Below are positions 23,301 to 32,485 of a stretch of DNA of 39,729 nt, piece after piece. The stretch covers positions 1-39,729 of the forward strand of contig JALAGF010002920.1 of assembly GCA_030167865.1 (NCBI GenBank), read 5' to 3'. The notes under the pieces are model-generated. The model saw nothing but the letters and a program-made list of their open reading frames with translations, searched no databases and was not told the origin of the DNA. The position numbers and the translations under genes were made by a program. Source of the stretch: Craspedostauros australis. Lineage: Eukaryota. Numbering within the stretch: the stretch's first letter is position 1; every line of letters starts with the position of its first letter.

Positions 23301-23838
23301 CATCGTCGTCGCCATCATCTCCCTTATCGTCACTTCCGCCGCCGCCGTTGCCTCTGCTGTTGTTAGCACCATCATCTTGGTCTGCCTCGTCCTCCTTCTT
23401 GTCGTCGTTGCCATCATCGTCGTTGCTTCCGATCCTGCCAGGACTTTCAGAGCCAATTTCTTGGTCATCAAGTTTTACTTCGTCAACTCGAGCCCCTTCA
23501 CCCTTGTCATCGTCCTCGTCCTTTTTGGCATCGGCGTCTCGGCCATCATCTTGGTCCTCATTGTTAGCATCATCCTTGTCTTCATGCTCGCGTGCGTCTG
23601 CTTGCTGCATCTGAGGAGGTGTCGTAGGAGGCGTTGTTGAAGGCGTCGAAGGTGATGGTGATTGAGGTGCAGCTGCGACACCGCTGGTGTCTTTGCCCTC
23701 GGTCTGTTGATCGCGGCGCAAGCTCTGATCATCATCCATGTTGTTGCTTGTGCTGCTCATGCTGCTTTCTTTGGTGATGGTATTGTTGAGGTTGTTGTTG
23801 TTGTGGCTGCCTCTGTTGTTGGTCTCTGTGTCGCTCAT
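20317..23838 (-). CDS. Type II membrane leucine-rich-repeat receptor-like protein, no kinase domain (1173 aa)
   Basis: Long acidic disordered N-terminus, AVRPGAVAV motif, a single TM (MWMCGLVTVMVLVVITVVSVLVAL) after KRKR, a PS/PT stalk, an LRR N-cap (PHQALDWM...QYYALVSLY...W..C.W.GVTC), about 11 plant-type LRRs (GxIPTELGxLTxL) and terminal C..C..CC..C. This architecture is typical of expanded diatom LRR families. Confidence 0.9.
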   Translation of the reverse strand: MSDTETNNRGSHNNNNLNNTITKESSMSSTSNNMDDDQSLRRDQQTEGKDTSGVAAAPQSPSPSTPSTTPPTTPPQMQQADAREHEDKDDANNEDQDDGRDADAKKDEDDDKGEGARVDEVKLDDQEIGSESPGRIGSNDDDGNDDKKEDEADQDDGANNSRGNGGGGSDDKGDDGDDDDGKTRAVVVAPAATSTAEAGAETDEDERDRKVPGLPRPPRAHTDSSDDEDLMQYADGTQDRMEDLNDMEKKPAATLPAVQRPSPIRRVQSEDPRNTFRKTRKIYSRRFHRRVSGDENSKVPGTAVAVGSMPEKSRFSKSSDSFAKPSQSFMRSSSLDASSVEDTSSEDGKMAALSDHSQRRFEQISKALEGEQSGHLSHDTSAHSGRSASYAVAPSGALSGKVAPTTAAVRPGAVAVGLRTEPEKPPVPAFASMPAALETASAEVEAAASKISGIPDPNRNRKPANIPRMTDFRYPGGIKEDVNSLTMPPTSDDSPQYWDTGSATNLNSKSSVDVGSTRHSVSTDDLLTVSTTDASAGMVTQVPGAGFAQRIGIVDDDDSVQTEIKPLEGEDRAAAEAAGISFDAATGLPTVVAEEAMTEEEMRETIRQEVRMENQRDSMVSVDLIVAEPISADFETEEEVFKRKRMWMCGLVTVMVLVVITVVSVLVALDANNSNASDQLRGSVQPTSTPSGMPSQVPSTAPSKAPTRKPSAQPSAFPSVAPSLSPSNVPTTSAIPSAEPTYSFEQSDEFFTILEVLAPTLTGPPSLIESSAFGIETSVPHQALDWMANSNHTDILAILDDYHQDNSTQLLQYYALVSLYVSAEGPNWTRQCNFLSDLNACDWNSNRNGVTCDEGGIITSLTFAFNRLKGTIDQSLYHLSNLQELSFSYETLRGTISSGISNLDQLSFLRLNNLEMDGDLPSEIGLLTKLEDLDISAAPFTGNIPTEFGELTSLRRLAIAGTELTGWIPSEVGNLTALTDMRMNTVPLDGPLPSTLGMLTELLSLEIGSTSVSGAIPTEVGELTKMTNLLFNNNKLDLPIPSTIGDMVGLRSIGLSNNRIIGSIPTELGELSLLTSLALQINTINGKIPSELGRLTNLNNLLLGNNRLSGNVPLEFKNMTRLSRVFMERNDLTGTVDPIFCTGAFAGVRGFAVAADCAGASPEVICTCCGFCV

Positions 23839-25015
23839 GATCACAAGCTCGTAAATCTTATGGGGGGTTTGACACTCGTCGGCAGGAGGCAATTCATCCG
23901 ATTGTGATTGTTGGGGCTTTTTGCGTGGTCCTGTTGGCGGTTGTGCGCAATTGTGCGTGTGGATACAAATTACGCAGACAGTCAACCAGTAACAAGAATA
24001 CCGCGGAACTGCGAGGTCCAAGCCGCGCATCACGACAACGGAAGATTGCCGCGTTGGTGAACAGACAGCGACTCTTCACCCACGTGTTGTTGGCACGAAA
24101 AGCGCCAATGCTGAATGCGGCCTTCTCTCTTCCACCTCTTTGGTTGACGCGTGCTCCTCTCTGCCTTGTTTTGGTGCCTTCTTCATCGCCTTACGATGTG
24201 ATGGCGCCTGTTCTTTCAGTGCCTGTGAGCGAACCTGCCTGTAAGTGCAACAACCATGGTGATCGGTTACGGTGATTGCATGGCGAGACCACGGGACAAT
24301 TTCGACAAGAAACAATCGCGCTTCGTAGAAAAAGATCCCTTCGCTGGTTGCGCCGTGCGAAGCGATTGAGGGACTGTGGAGCGCAACGGAAATATCATTT
24401 CTTCTTCTGGGCAATTGGACATGCACTGGGATTGGGCCTAGTCGTATTCAGTTTGTCCGGTTCCGGTGAGAAACGGTTTCGTTCAACTTAAATGTTCGCA
24501 GTTGATCGTGACGATCCATCTCTTGATGACTTATGATGGCACGCGCGCGAGCAAGAAAGCTCGTACTGAGCCATTGATTGTTTCGCGAAGGACTTGTCTG
24601 AAAACTGGTTGGGCGTCGTCCTGGTGACTGAAAACCGGGATCGAAGCAAGAAGCAGATCTAGTCCGACTCCAGTCATGGATGATGAGATTGAAACGTGGA
24701 ATATCATGCCCACGTTTGGAGATATGCCAACGACTCGCAGTCACGCCAGAAAACAAACAACAACCACACGAAAGAAACCACAAGAGAATGACAGCGGACG
24801 TGGCTCGTAGCCAACATCACGACGACACCAGAGTACAACCCACTCACAGAATACTCTGGTCGACTCCGGAGAGTGCGACCATACTGTACTCGCATGAGTA
24901 CTTCCATGATTCCATTGGTGGTGTTCGAGAAAGTATCCGTTGAACAGCAACAACATCAGCATCAGCATCCGTCTCAGTGTCAGCACCGGCCATCGGTGTT
25001 GTTTGCATCGCATCG

Positions 25016-28000
25016 ATGAATCCGCACGAACGAAATGGTGGCGATGGAGACTCCAATGACGCCAAACGGTCCGGCTTGACGATCGCCTTGTCGTCTGGGA
25101 ACAACAATGCGGCGACGGCGCCGACGGCTGTATCCACTGATGATGGTCGGACGTCAACAATCGATGGCACAGCCGGTGGACCAAGCCGCATTGGACAGCA
25201 CAGCTTGAGGCATCGTGGCCACCGACAACACGGCCGTGCAAGTGGAGCATTGTCATTGGAGTCCGTTTCATCATCGTCATCATCATCGTCGTCATCATCA
25301 TCATCAATTCTCTCGTCCAGTGGGTCATCATCGCGCTCCAGCACCGCCCAAGCATCGACGGGGCTTTCCACATCTCCGTACGGCCGCTTCATGAAGAACA
25401 GTCCGTTCTTCACGTCAAGCGTGGGAAGTCGCAGCAGCCAGAGCAGCCAATCCCCGAAGCCGAAAAGGAATCACACGTCTGTTACCAAATCAGACCAGCA
25501 TGCTCAATCGGCACAAGGGGGATCTTCATCTCAGGCTGAAGAGGTTGACGCAGACCCCGTCCCTTCTGCTGCTCACGTCTTCACGTCCGAGGGCGCAAAC
25601 AAGCCGGACGCTTCCCTTCCAACCACGGCAGAACAACATGACACTGGACGCAATCAGCAACAAGATCCATCATCGTCAAACGATGTTGTCAGCAGTGACC
25701 AGGAACGCCAGATCCTGCTGCTCATGCTTTTGGCTCAGGTATGTGCATTGCACGATCCGACGCCCAAGACATTCACCGTGCACGTACTGGAATTGTTCGA
25801 GCGCGGAATACTGGATCGGGAGTCTATTCATTTCCTGTTCGAATTGGGATTGGTCCCTGATGGCATCAGTCCAAGTGCACCCTGCGCGGATGAGACGGGT
25901 GCGCCCCAAACGCATCTCGCCATCAAGTCGCAATTGGACTTGCCGAAGGACTCATCACAGGTGTCGGGACAGTCCGAACGAAAGGAAGATCATGCTACCA
26001 GCTGCGCCACCTTCGTAGTGGAAGAGGGTGATAGTGTTGACGGCGGTGCTGTTGCTGCTGGTGGCGACGATAATGCGGAGATCGACGACGAAGTACATGT
26101 TGTGGAAGCTCCTGATCACACAGCCGGTCAGCTTGGTACGGGCACAGACAAACATGTGGTGGTTGAGCTCGTCCTATCTCCACAGCATGTTAATGCCACT
26201 GCAGCTGATACAAACGCCAGTCCCAGTCAGCAAGAGCCGGGTGATCAAGTGCTGTCTCCCACGGAAGAACCGTTCGGTCGCAAAGCTCGTGCATCAACAT
26301 CAAGATCAGATTTGGCGTCATCAATACGGTCTCACTTGGAAGAGCAGGAGCGATCACAATCCACCTCAAAGCATCGTCGTAGCAGGCACGGTTCATGGCC
26401 TGCAAGCTCTCAAACAAGTTCGGGGGCACAGAATGGCAGCCATCAGCAAGCCTACGACGCAACGCCGCCCAACGCACACCGACCCGAAGGCACACATGGT
26501 AGCGACCACCAGAAGAACTGCAGCAACGACAACAACGTCAACAGACCATGGCAGGTGGAACACTTCCCATTGTCGCTCTCAAGGTACCAACGAGAATTCG
26601 AGCAGATTCGGTTGCTCGACTCTGGGGCATTTGGATCCGTCTTTCACGTCCGCAGCCATCTGGACGGCGCTGAGTACGCTGTCAAGAAGGTTGCTTTTGA
26701 CGCGGTGGGATACTCGTACGACGCCATATCCAAGGTCATTCGCGAGGTGCAGTGTCTTGCGCGTGTGAACGACCATCCCAACATCGTGTCGTACTACACG
26801 AGTTGGCTCGAGCCGAGTTGGATGACCGGAGGCACGACCATCAACATGAACGCCAACGTAAAGACCATCAAATCACCGCAGCAACCGTGGCAACGCCAAC
26901 AGCAACAGCACCTCCTCTTGACAGACCTTCAGCAGCACCTGATGCTGGCAAATACACCCCACAACAAGGACATCGAATCCTCAGCGGCCGATTCTTACCT
27001 GAGCGAAGAGCCTTCATCGCAGTTCTATCAACACCAGTATCAGCATGAACATCATCAGTATCATCGTCAACGACAACCACAGCAAAAATTCTCATTCGAA
27101 GGTGATTTTGACGAGTACAGCGAAGAGAGCCGTGAATGCTTCAACTATCGTCATGATCACGTACAATTCGGCAATCAATTCCTTGACTTCGAATCTGCTT
27201 CGTCAGCAGGTCTACGTGGAACGCCTGTTGGCATTCCTCCTCGGCAGAATCGCCCATCACATCCCAACAGCTCTCAATCAAAGCAGCGCAAGAACACCAA
27301 TTCGCCAAGAACTCCTGCTTACCGATACCAGATCTGTCTCTTTATCCAAATGGAGCTGTGCCATTCCGCGACTCTTGCGGATTGGCTGGAGGCAAGGAAT
27401 GCGCAGTTCGAGGTGCAACGAAAGTCAGGGTCGCCCTCACAGCGGCGCGGTGGCGGGCACAAGGAAAGAGTGGCAGCTGCTCTGTTCATCTTCTCGCAGA
27501 TTGCAAGCGGTCTAGCGCACATCCATTCCAAGGACATCGTGCATCGTGATCTGAAGCCCAGCAATATCTTCGTGGGCGAAGACGGAAAAAGCATCAAGAT
27601 CGGTGACTTCGGTCTCAGCAAGCAACTTGCGAATGTCATGAATAGCCCGTCTGGGCCGAAGATCGTCCGCGTGGACGAAGAGGATGAGGATGAAGACGAG
27701 GGAGATGGAGACGAGCATGACAATGAAGGCGGAGCGACACGAGGTATTGGTAGAGATATGCCTGACGTCGGTCAAGGTACCAACGAGATCTGGCAAAAGC
27801 CGGCCGCGAGTGATGCATTGCTCGTCGCGGCAGCCTTCCCAACTGCACAGCAGCGCCTCAATCCACACCAGCAAGCAACGGCGAGCCCCTTGACGGCTGG
27901 GGTTGGCACGGCAACATACGCATCGCCGGAGCAGGTGAAGTCGCGGTCGTACGGAACACCCGCCGACATGTTCAGCGTCGGCTTCATCCTGTTGGAATTG

Positions 28001-28543
28001 GTTTGCTGTTTCGACACGCAGCACGAACGCCTTGACAACTTCTTCAAGCTACGGCAACGACGCCAGGTCCCCACGTGGTTGGAGGAGCAGTATCTCGTCC
28101 TGGCACAGACCATCCTGGCATGCACCGATCCTGTCCCATCGCGCCGACCGACTGCCTACGACTTGGTCCATCGTTTCAGCACGAGTACGACTGCTACGAG
28201 CAGTACTTCTCCTTCGTCCGCTTCTGGCAGAGGTACCTTTGCACTAGCAATCACGGAAAATGGCGAACCAGGAGTAGAAATGAAAGAAGAGACGAACTCC
28301 GTAGCCACAACCACAGCAACGGCAAAGTCAGCGGAGGCAACAGCTTCCGAGGAAGGGGCGAGAACAGCAGTTGCGGATGAGACACAGAGCAACGACGAGA
28401 CAAATGACATTCCCCATGCGATCACCATCGAGATCCTCATGCAACAACTTGCTGAGAAAACAAGGGAGCTGGAAGTGGCAAAGCAGGAACTGCAAGACAA
28501 GGACCATCTAATTGCAAAGCTCAAGCAGGAACATGGACGGTAA
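25016..28543 (+). CDS. eIF2-alpha kinase, HRI-like (1175 aa from the first ATG)
   Basis: [38 protein letters not shown], a large subdomain IV-V insert, [25 protein letters not shown] and GVGT.TYASPEQ are typical of the eIF2AK family. A C-terminal coiled coil follows. Confidence 0.9.
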   Translation: MNPHERNGGDGDSNDAKRSGLTIALSSGNNNAATAPTAVSTDDGRTSTIDGTAGGPSRIGQHSLRHRGHRQHGRASGALSLESVSSSSSSSSSSSSSILSSSGSSSRSSTAQASTGLSTSPYGRFMKNSPFFTSSVGSRSSQSSQSPKPKRNHTSVTKSDQHAQSAQGGSSSQAEEVDADPVPSAAHVFTSEGANKPDASLPTTAEQHDTGRNQQQDPSSSNDVVSSDQERQILLLMLLAQVCALHDPTPKTFTVHVLELFERGILDRESIHFLFELGLVPDGISPSAPCADETGAPQTHLAIKSQLDLPKDSSQVSGQSERKEDHATSCATFVVEEGDSVDGGAVAAGGDDNAEIDDEVHVVEAPDHTAGQLGTGTDKHVVVELVLSPQHVNATAADTNASPSQQEPGDQVLSPTEEPFGRKARASTSRSDLASSIRSHLEEQERSQSTSKHRRSRHGSWPASSQTSSGAQNGSHQQAYDATPPNAHRPEGTHGSDHQKNCSNDNNVNRPWQVEHFPLSLSRYQREFEQIRLLDSGAFGSVFHVRSHLDGAEYAVKKVAFDAVGYSYDAISKVIREVQCLARVNDHPNIVSYYTSWLEPSWMTGGTTINMNANVKTIKSPQQPWQRQQQQHLLLTDLQQHLMLANTPHNKDIESSAADSYLSEEPSSQFYQHQYQHEHHQYHRQRQPQQKFSFEGDFDEYSEESRECFNYRHDHVQFGNQFLDFESASSAGLRGTPVGIPPRQNRPSHPNSSQSKQRKNTNSPRTPAYRYQICLFIQMELCHSATLADWLEARNAQFEVQRKSGSPSQRRGGGHKERVAAALFIFSQIASGLAHIHSKDIVHRDLKPSNIFVGEDGKSIKIGDFGLSKQLANVMNSPSGPKIVRVDEEDEDEDEGDGDEHDNEGGATRGIGRDMPDVGQGTNEIWQKPAASDALLVAAAFPTAQQRLNPHQQATASPLTAGVGTATYASPEQVKSRSYGTPADMFSVGFILLELVCCFDTQHERLDNFFKLRQRRQVPTWLEEQYLVLAQTILACTDPVPSRRPTAYDLVHRFSTSTTATSSTSPSSASGRGTFALAITENGEPGVEMKEETNSVATTTATAKSAEATASEEGARTAVADETQSNDETNDIPHAITIEILMQQLAEKTRELEVAKQELQDKDHLIAKLKQEHGR

Positions 28544-29288
28544 CCCTTGATTCATGACGACACAAAGCGATGTCCAGGTCGATCAAATTCATGCATGAGC
28601 CAATGGATTAGTCAATGACTTATCCAGCGAATGACTGTATGGTTGGTGCTCGGACGAGCTAGGCAAATAGAATAGCATGGCGAAGACAGGATGTTAGCGA
28701 GCTGTTACATTCCGCAAACTTGGCTCTGAGTATGGCACGGGCCAGGAGTCTGAACAAATCAGCGGGACATCGGTCATTCAGAATCGCACATGGTCGCGCT
28801 TTGATGCAACATGTTCAAAAGTCGATGAGGCGCCGATCCCTGCTATTGCTCGTGGTATTGAGAGCTGGCGATGCCCTGCGCGACTTATTCGTATCATGCT
28901 CCGACCTGTGCCGTTTCCTGGTCGCGCGTTGCCGTTTCGAAAGATTCTTGTTTTTCGCAGCATTTGTTGAGACTTCTTGGCGCGCGTTTGTGTGTCTGTT
29001 CTGGTGACATGTACCAACATCGACTCAATCGATCCGTGTCACCAAAAGATAGATATCTTTGGATCTTTTCTCTTGAAACAAGAACGCCAAGAAGCGACGA
29101 ACCAGGATCTCCTATTCCGTTTGCATCGTGTCCGCGATACTGCCCTTCTTTGATGATGTTTGGCGGCTGCAGCCACAACAGTCATTGCACCGCATCCCAT
29201 TGTATCGCATCGCATTGTATTGCATAGTATCGTTTTACATCGCATCGCAGATCCCTCGTTCCATCTCGTCCACACCTTTGAATCGAAC

Positions 29289-29789
29289 ATGTTCTTGAGC
29301 CGACTTTCCTCATCCCGAGCCATCCAGGCTGCCAAGCATGGACGCGGCGCCTTGGCATCCTTGGTGTCATCGCCAGCATCCGCACCGATGCCTTCGCAAA
29401 CTGCAATGCCAGCCATGGCAACGACCAGACTCATGTCCATCCAACGCATTGGAACGGACTACCCGCCCATGTCCAAGCTCGTCATCCACAACGGCATCGT
29501 CTACATGAGCGGCCAAGTCGACACGGCTGCATCCGACATCGAAGGTCAAACAGCCAACGTCCTCGCCATGATCGACGAAGGGTTGGCGGAGGCAGGGACG
29601 TCCAAGTCCAACCTGCTCACAGCGAGCGTGTGGCTGAAGGACATCGAGAAGGACTTTGAGACCATGAATGGTATTTACACCGCGTGGCTTGACCCGGACA
29701 ACAAGCCGGTGCGTGCCACGGTGGAGTCCCCGATGGCGTTACCAGAGATTTTGATTGAGATCCAGGTCACAGCAACCACAGGAGAGTAA
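29289..29789 (+). CDS. Rid (YjgF/YER057c/UK114) family enamine/imine deaminase, Rid2/YoaB-like, with a predicted mitochondrial presequence (166 aa)
   Basis: Mature region MSIQRIG..MSKLVIHNGIVYMSGQV..QTANVL..ID..L..AGT.KS.LL.A.VWL.D...DF..MN..Y.AW..P.RATV..LIEI retains the catalytic Arg. The first ~48 aa are Ser/Arg/Ala-rich with no acidic residues. Confidence 0.92.
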   Translation: MFLSRLSSSRAIQAAKHGRGALASLVSSPASAPMPSQTAMPAMATTRLMSIQRIGTDYPPMSKLVIHNGIVYMSGQVDTAASDIEGQTANVLAMIDEGLAEAGTSKSNLLTASVWLKDIEKDFETMNGIYTAWLDPDNKPVRATVESPMALPEILIEIQVTATTGE

Positions 29790-30224
29790 AATTGCGGTAG
29801 TTGAAGGCACATCAGCAGTTCCTTCCGAGCGGATGCGTATGCGCTTGCGATCAGGCTGCAGAGTTGCATGGTCCTTCACAAATCTACCGCGTCATAGTGC
29901 TCGACAACTATGATATTATATAATATGATGATACAACAGTTGTCATCGGACTACGAGTAGAGAGTTCCGCAATCATTCCCGCCGTCCTATGGCACTCAAC
30001 ACTCACACGTTGCCATACGGAGTCGAAGCATGCAACAGTATTTTACTAAGAGACTACTTTGCGATACTGGATTGTACTATACAATATTTGGTGACGCTAC
30101 TACAGATACGAAAATGACAGTGGCTGAAGCAGCAGTATTCTGTTTGCCCGTGCTACCGCTACCGCCGGTGGTATTGGTGCGGGCTCATGCCTCTCTGCTC
30201 ATCCCTCGCCATTTGACCAGCGAA

Positions 30225-31646
30225 TTAAGCCTTGACGTTCGCAAATGCTTGCTCCAAGTCCGCGATGATATCATCTACGTTTTCGATGCCGATGCTCAAA
30301 CGCACCATCTCTGGTGCAATGCCCGCGGCCAGTTGCCCCTCCTCGCTCAGCTGGCTGTGCGTGGTGGTCGCTGGGTGGATCGCGAGCGACTTGGCATCGC
30401 CGACATTGGCGACGTGGCTGAAAAGTTCCAGGTGCTCGATGAAGGTTCTGCCGGCGGCTGCCGCATCACCCGTCTTCAACCCAAACACGACCATGCCGCC
30501 ACCCTTGCCCTTGAGGTACTTCTTGTTCTTTTCGTACTGCTGGTCGTCCTCGAGGCCGGGGTAACGCACCCAGGCGACCTTGTCGTGGTCCTTGAGATAC
30601 TTGGCAACTGCGAGGCCATTTTCGCAGTGACGTTCCATGCGCAGACTCAGAGTCTCGATGCCCTGGAGGATGGTCCATGCATTGTCCGGCGACAAGCACG
30701 CGCCCAGGTTTCGGAGAGGGACCGTGAGCGCGCGGAGTTTGAAAGCCAATGGCGCGAGCTCCTCCGGCAAGTCGTGTCCCCAGCGCAAGCCTCCGTAGGA
30801 ACCATCGGGCTTGTCGTAGAGCGGGTGGTTGCCGCCTGCCCAATTGAATCCTCCTTTGTCCACGATCATTCCGCCGATGCACGTGCCGTGCCCTCCGACC
30901 CATTTCGTCAACGACGTGACGATGATGTCCGCCCCATGATCGAAGGGTCGGCACAGGTATGGTGTGGAGAAGGTGGAGTCCACGATGAGGGGGAGGCCCA
31001 GCGATTTGGCCCCCTTCGAAATGGCTTCCAGGTCCGTGACATGCAATGCCGGGTTGGCCACAGACTCGCAGAAGAAGGCGCGCGTCTTGCTGTCAGCTGC
31101 GGCGGCGAAGGCGTCAGGATCTTCCCCATCCACGAAGCGGACCTCGATGCCCATGGTCGGGAGGATGTCGTTGAACTGGGTGTACGTGCCTCCGTACAAC
31201 GCCGACGAACTCACGATGTTGTCGCCGGCGGACGCCAAGTTCAAAATCGCATAGAAGATGGCGCTCGTCCCACTCGCGACCGAGAGGGCGCTCAGTGGAT
31301 GGCCGCCTTCCAACATGGCGTACCGACTCTCCAGCACATGATTGGTGGGATTCATCAGGCGAGAGTAGATGTTGCCCAATTCCTTCAAGGCGAACAGGTT
31401 GGCCGCATGCTCGGTGTCGCGGAACACGAAGGGGGTCGTCCGGTACAGGGGGACGCCGCGAGGCGCACCTTGGCCGAGCCCGAACGTACCTTGCTTATCT
31501 GGCGTGTACCCGCCATGCAGGGCGATAGTGTCAAAACCAGAAAGAGCGCGGATCGCTTCGGTTGTCCTGGCGGATGCGCGCAAATGGGATGGTGAGCGCA
31601 TCGAACCGATCACGCGCGATGCCTTCGAAGTGAAAACTGCCCTCAT
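30225..31646 (-). CDS. metY: O-acetylhomoserine (thiol)-lyase / sulfhydrylase (MetY/MET17 type, PLP-dependent), with a predicted mitochondrial presequence (473 aa)
   Basis: GFDTIALHGG, GNIYSRLMNPT, LYGGT, SLTKWVGGHG (PLP lysine), the MetY-specific FNW...Y.G insert, ETLSLRMERH, ANVGDAKSLAIHPATTTHSQL and VRLSIGIE. The N-terminal ~36 aa are Arg/Ser-rich. Confidence 0.95.
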   Translation of the reverse strand: MRAVFTSKASRVIGSMRSPSHLRASARTTEAIRALSGFDTIALHGGYTPDKQGTFGLGQGAPRGVPLYRTTPFVFRDTEHAANLFALKELGNIYSRLMNPTNHVLESRYAMLEGGHPLSALSVASGTSAIFYAILNLASAGDNIVSSSALYGGTYTQFNDILPTMGIEVRFVDGEDPDAFAAAADSKTRAFFCESVANPALHVTDLEAISKGAKSLGLPLIVDSTFSTPYLCRPFDHGADIIVTSLTKWVGGHGTCIGGMIVDKGGFNWAGGNHPLYDKPDGSYGGLRWGHDLPEELAPLAFKLRALTVPLRNLGACLSPDNAWTILQGIETLSLRMERHCENGLAVAKYLKDHDKVAWVRYPGLEDDQQYEKNKKYLKGKGGGMVVFGLKTGDAAAAGRTFIEHLELFSHVANVGDAKSLAIHPATTTHSQLSEEGQLAAGIAPEMVRLSIGIENVDDIIADLEQAFANVKA

Positions 31647-32485
31647 GTTGATTGGTGTTGGTGTTGGTGTTGATGATTGTGGTGGTGAGGCGGTCGTTGG
31701 ATCTTATCGCTGTTGCTGATTTTGTGGGAACGAGCACAGACAGATTGGGTTCTTGGTGTCATCGCAAGCGAAGGCGTCATTCAACACACTACCGTATCTT
31801 TTGGTCGTCACGCCTGCCGCGGCGTTGAGCATGGCTCATTTCGCCATCAGCGATGCCGAGCGCATGTGGTAGCGCGTTGATCTGTTCCACGCGTTTTGCT
31901 GGGAAGGTTGGAAAGGAGACACGCCGTGTTGATCGGCAGCTTGAAACTGTCAGGCAGAATCCAAACACGCTGTCTGCGCACCGTGTCGTGACTCTTCTGT
32001 CTCCCCTCTTCCCAGATGTTCGCGTTTTAGATTTCAATGGGTAGAGAAACAGTGGTGCACGTGCTTGTGATGAGGAGGCACCTGGCGCGGTCCTGCCTGA
32101 GCGCTTTGGAGGATGCTGATCCATGCGGTGCCAGAATTGTGATGAGTTTGGATTTCAATGGTCGGAACGTGCTTGAAGATCCGATGGACACCCAGAAAAG
32201 TATCTTCCCTCATCCACATAACGTTGACGCGGCGATCCGATTAGGATGGTCGCGATTCTCCACATGAAAATGCACAGGCACGTTGCAGTTCGGGCGTGTT
32301 TGGTGCAGAACGTCCGGTGCTCCGTGGCATTCTGAGGCCGGCGATGAATGGTACGGTAGAATAGATAATATCATGCTATACGATAGATAGCTAGATATTT
32401 TACAATACGATTTTGTCGTCAACAACAGTGGATTGCCACAGAATAGTAGAGAAGAGCAGAGCAGAGCAGAATACTCTGGATTGAT

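Noticed and set aside
30030-31595. 521-aa plus-strand ORF
   Set aside because: Antisense shadow of metY.
31890-31930. ctgggaagg...ggagacacgcc, reminiscent of a cobalamin riboswitch B12 box near metY
   Set aside because: It is on the opposite strand to metY, the other conserved elements are missing, and B12 riboswitches are not established in eukaryotes.
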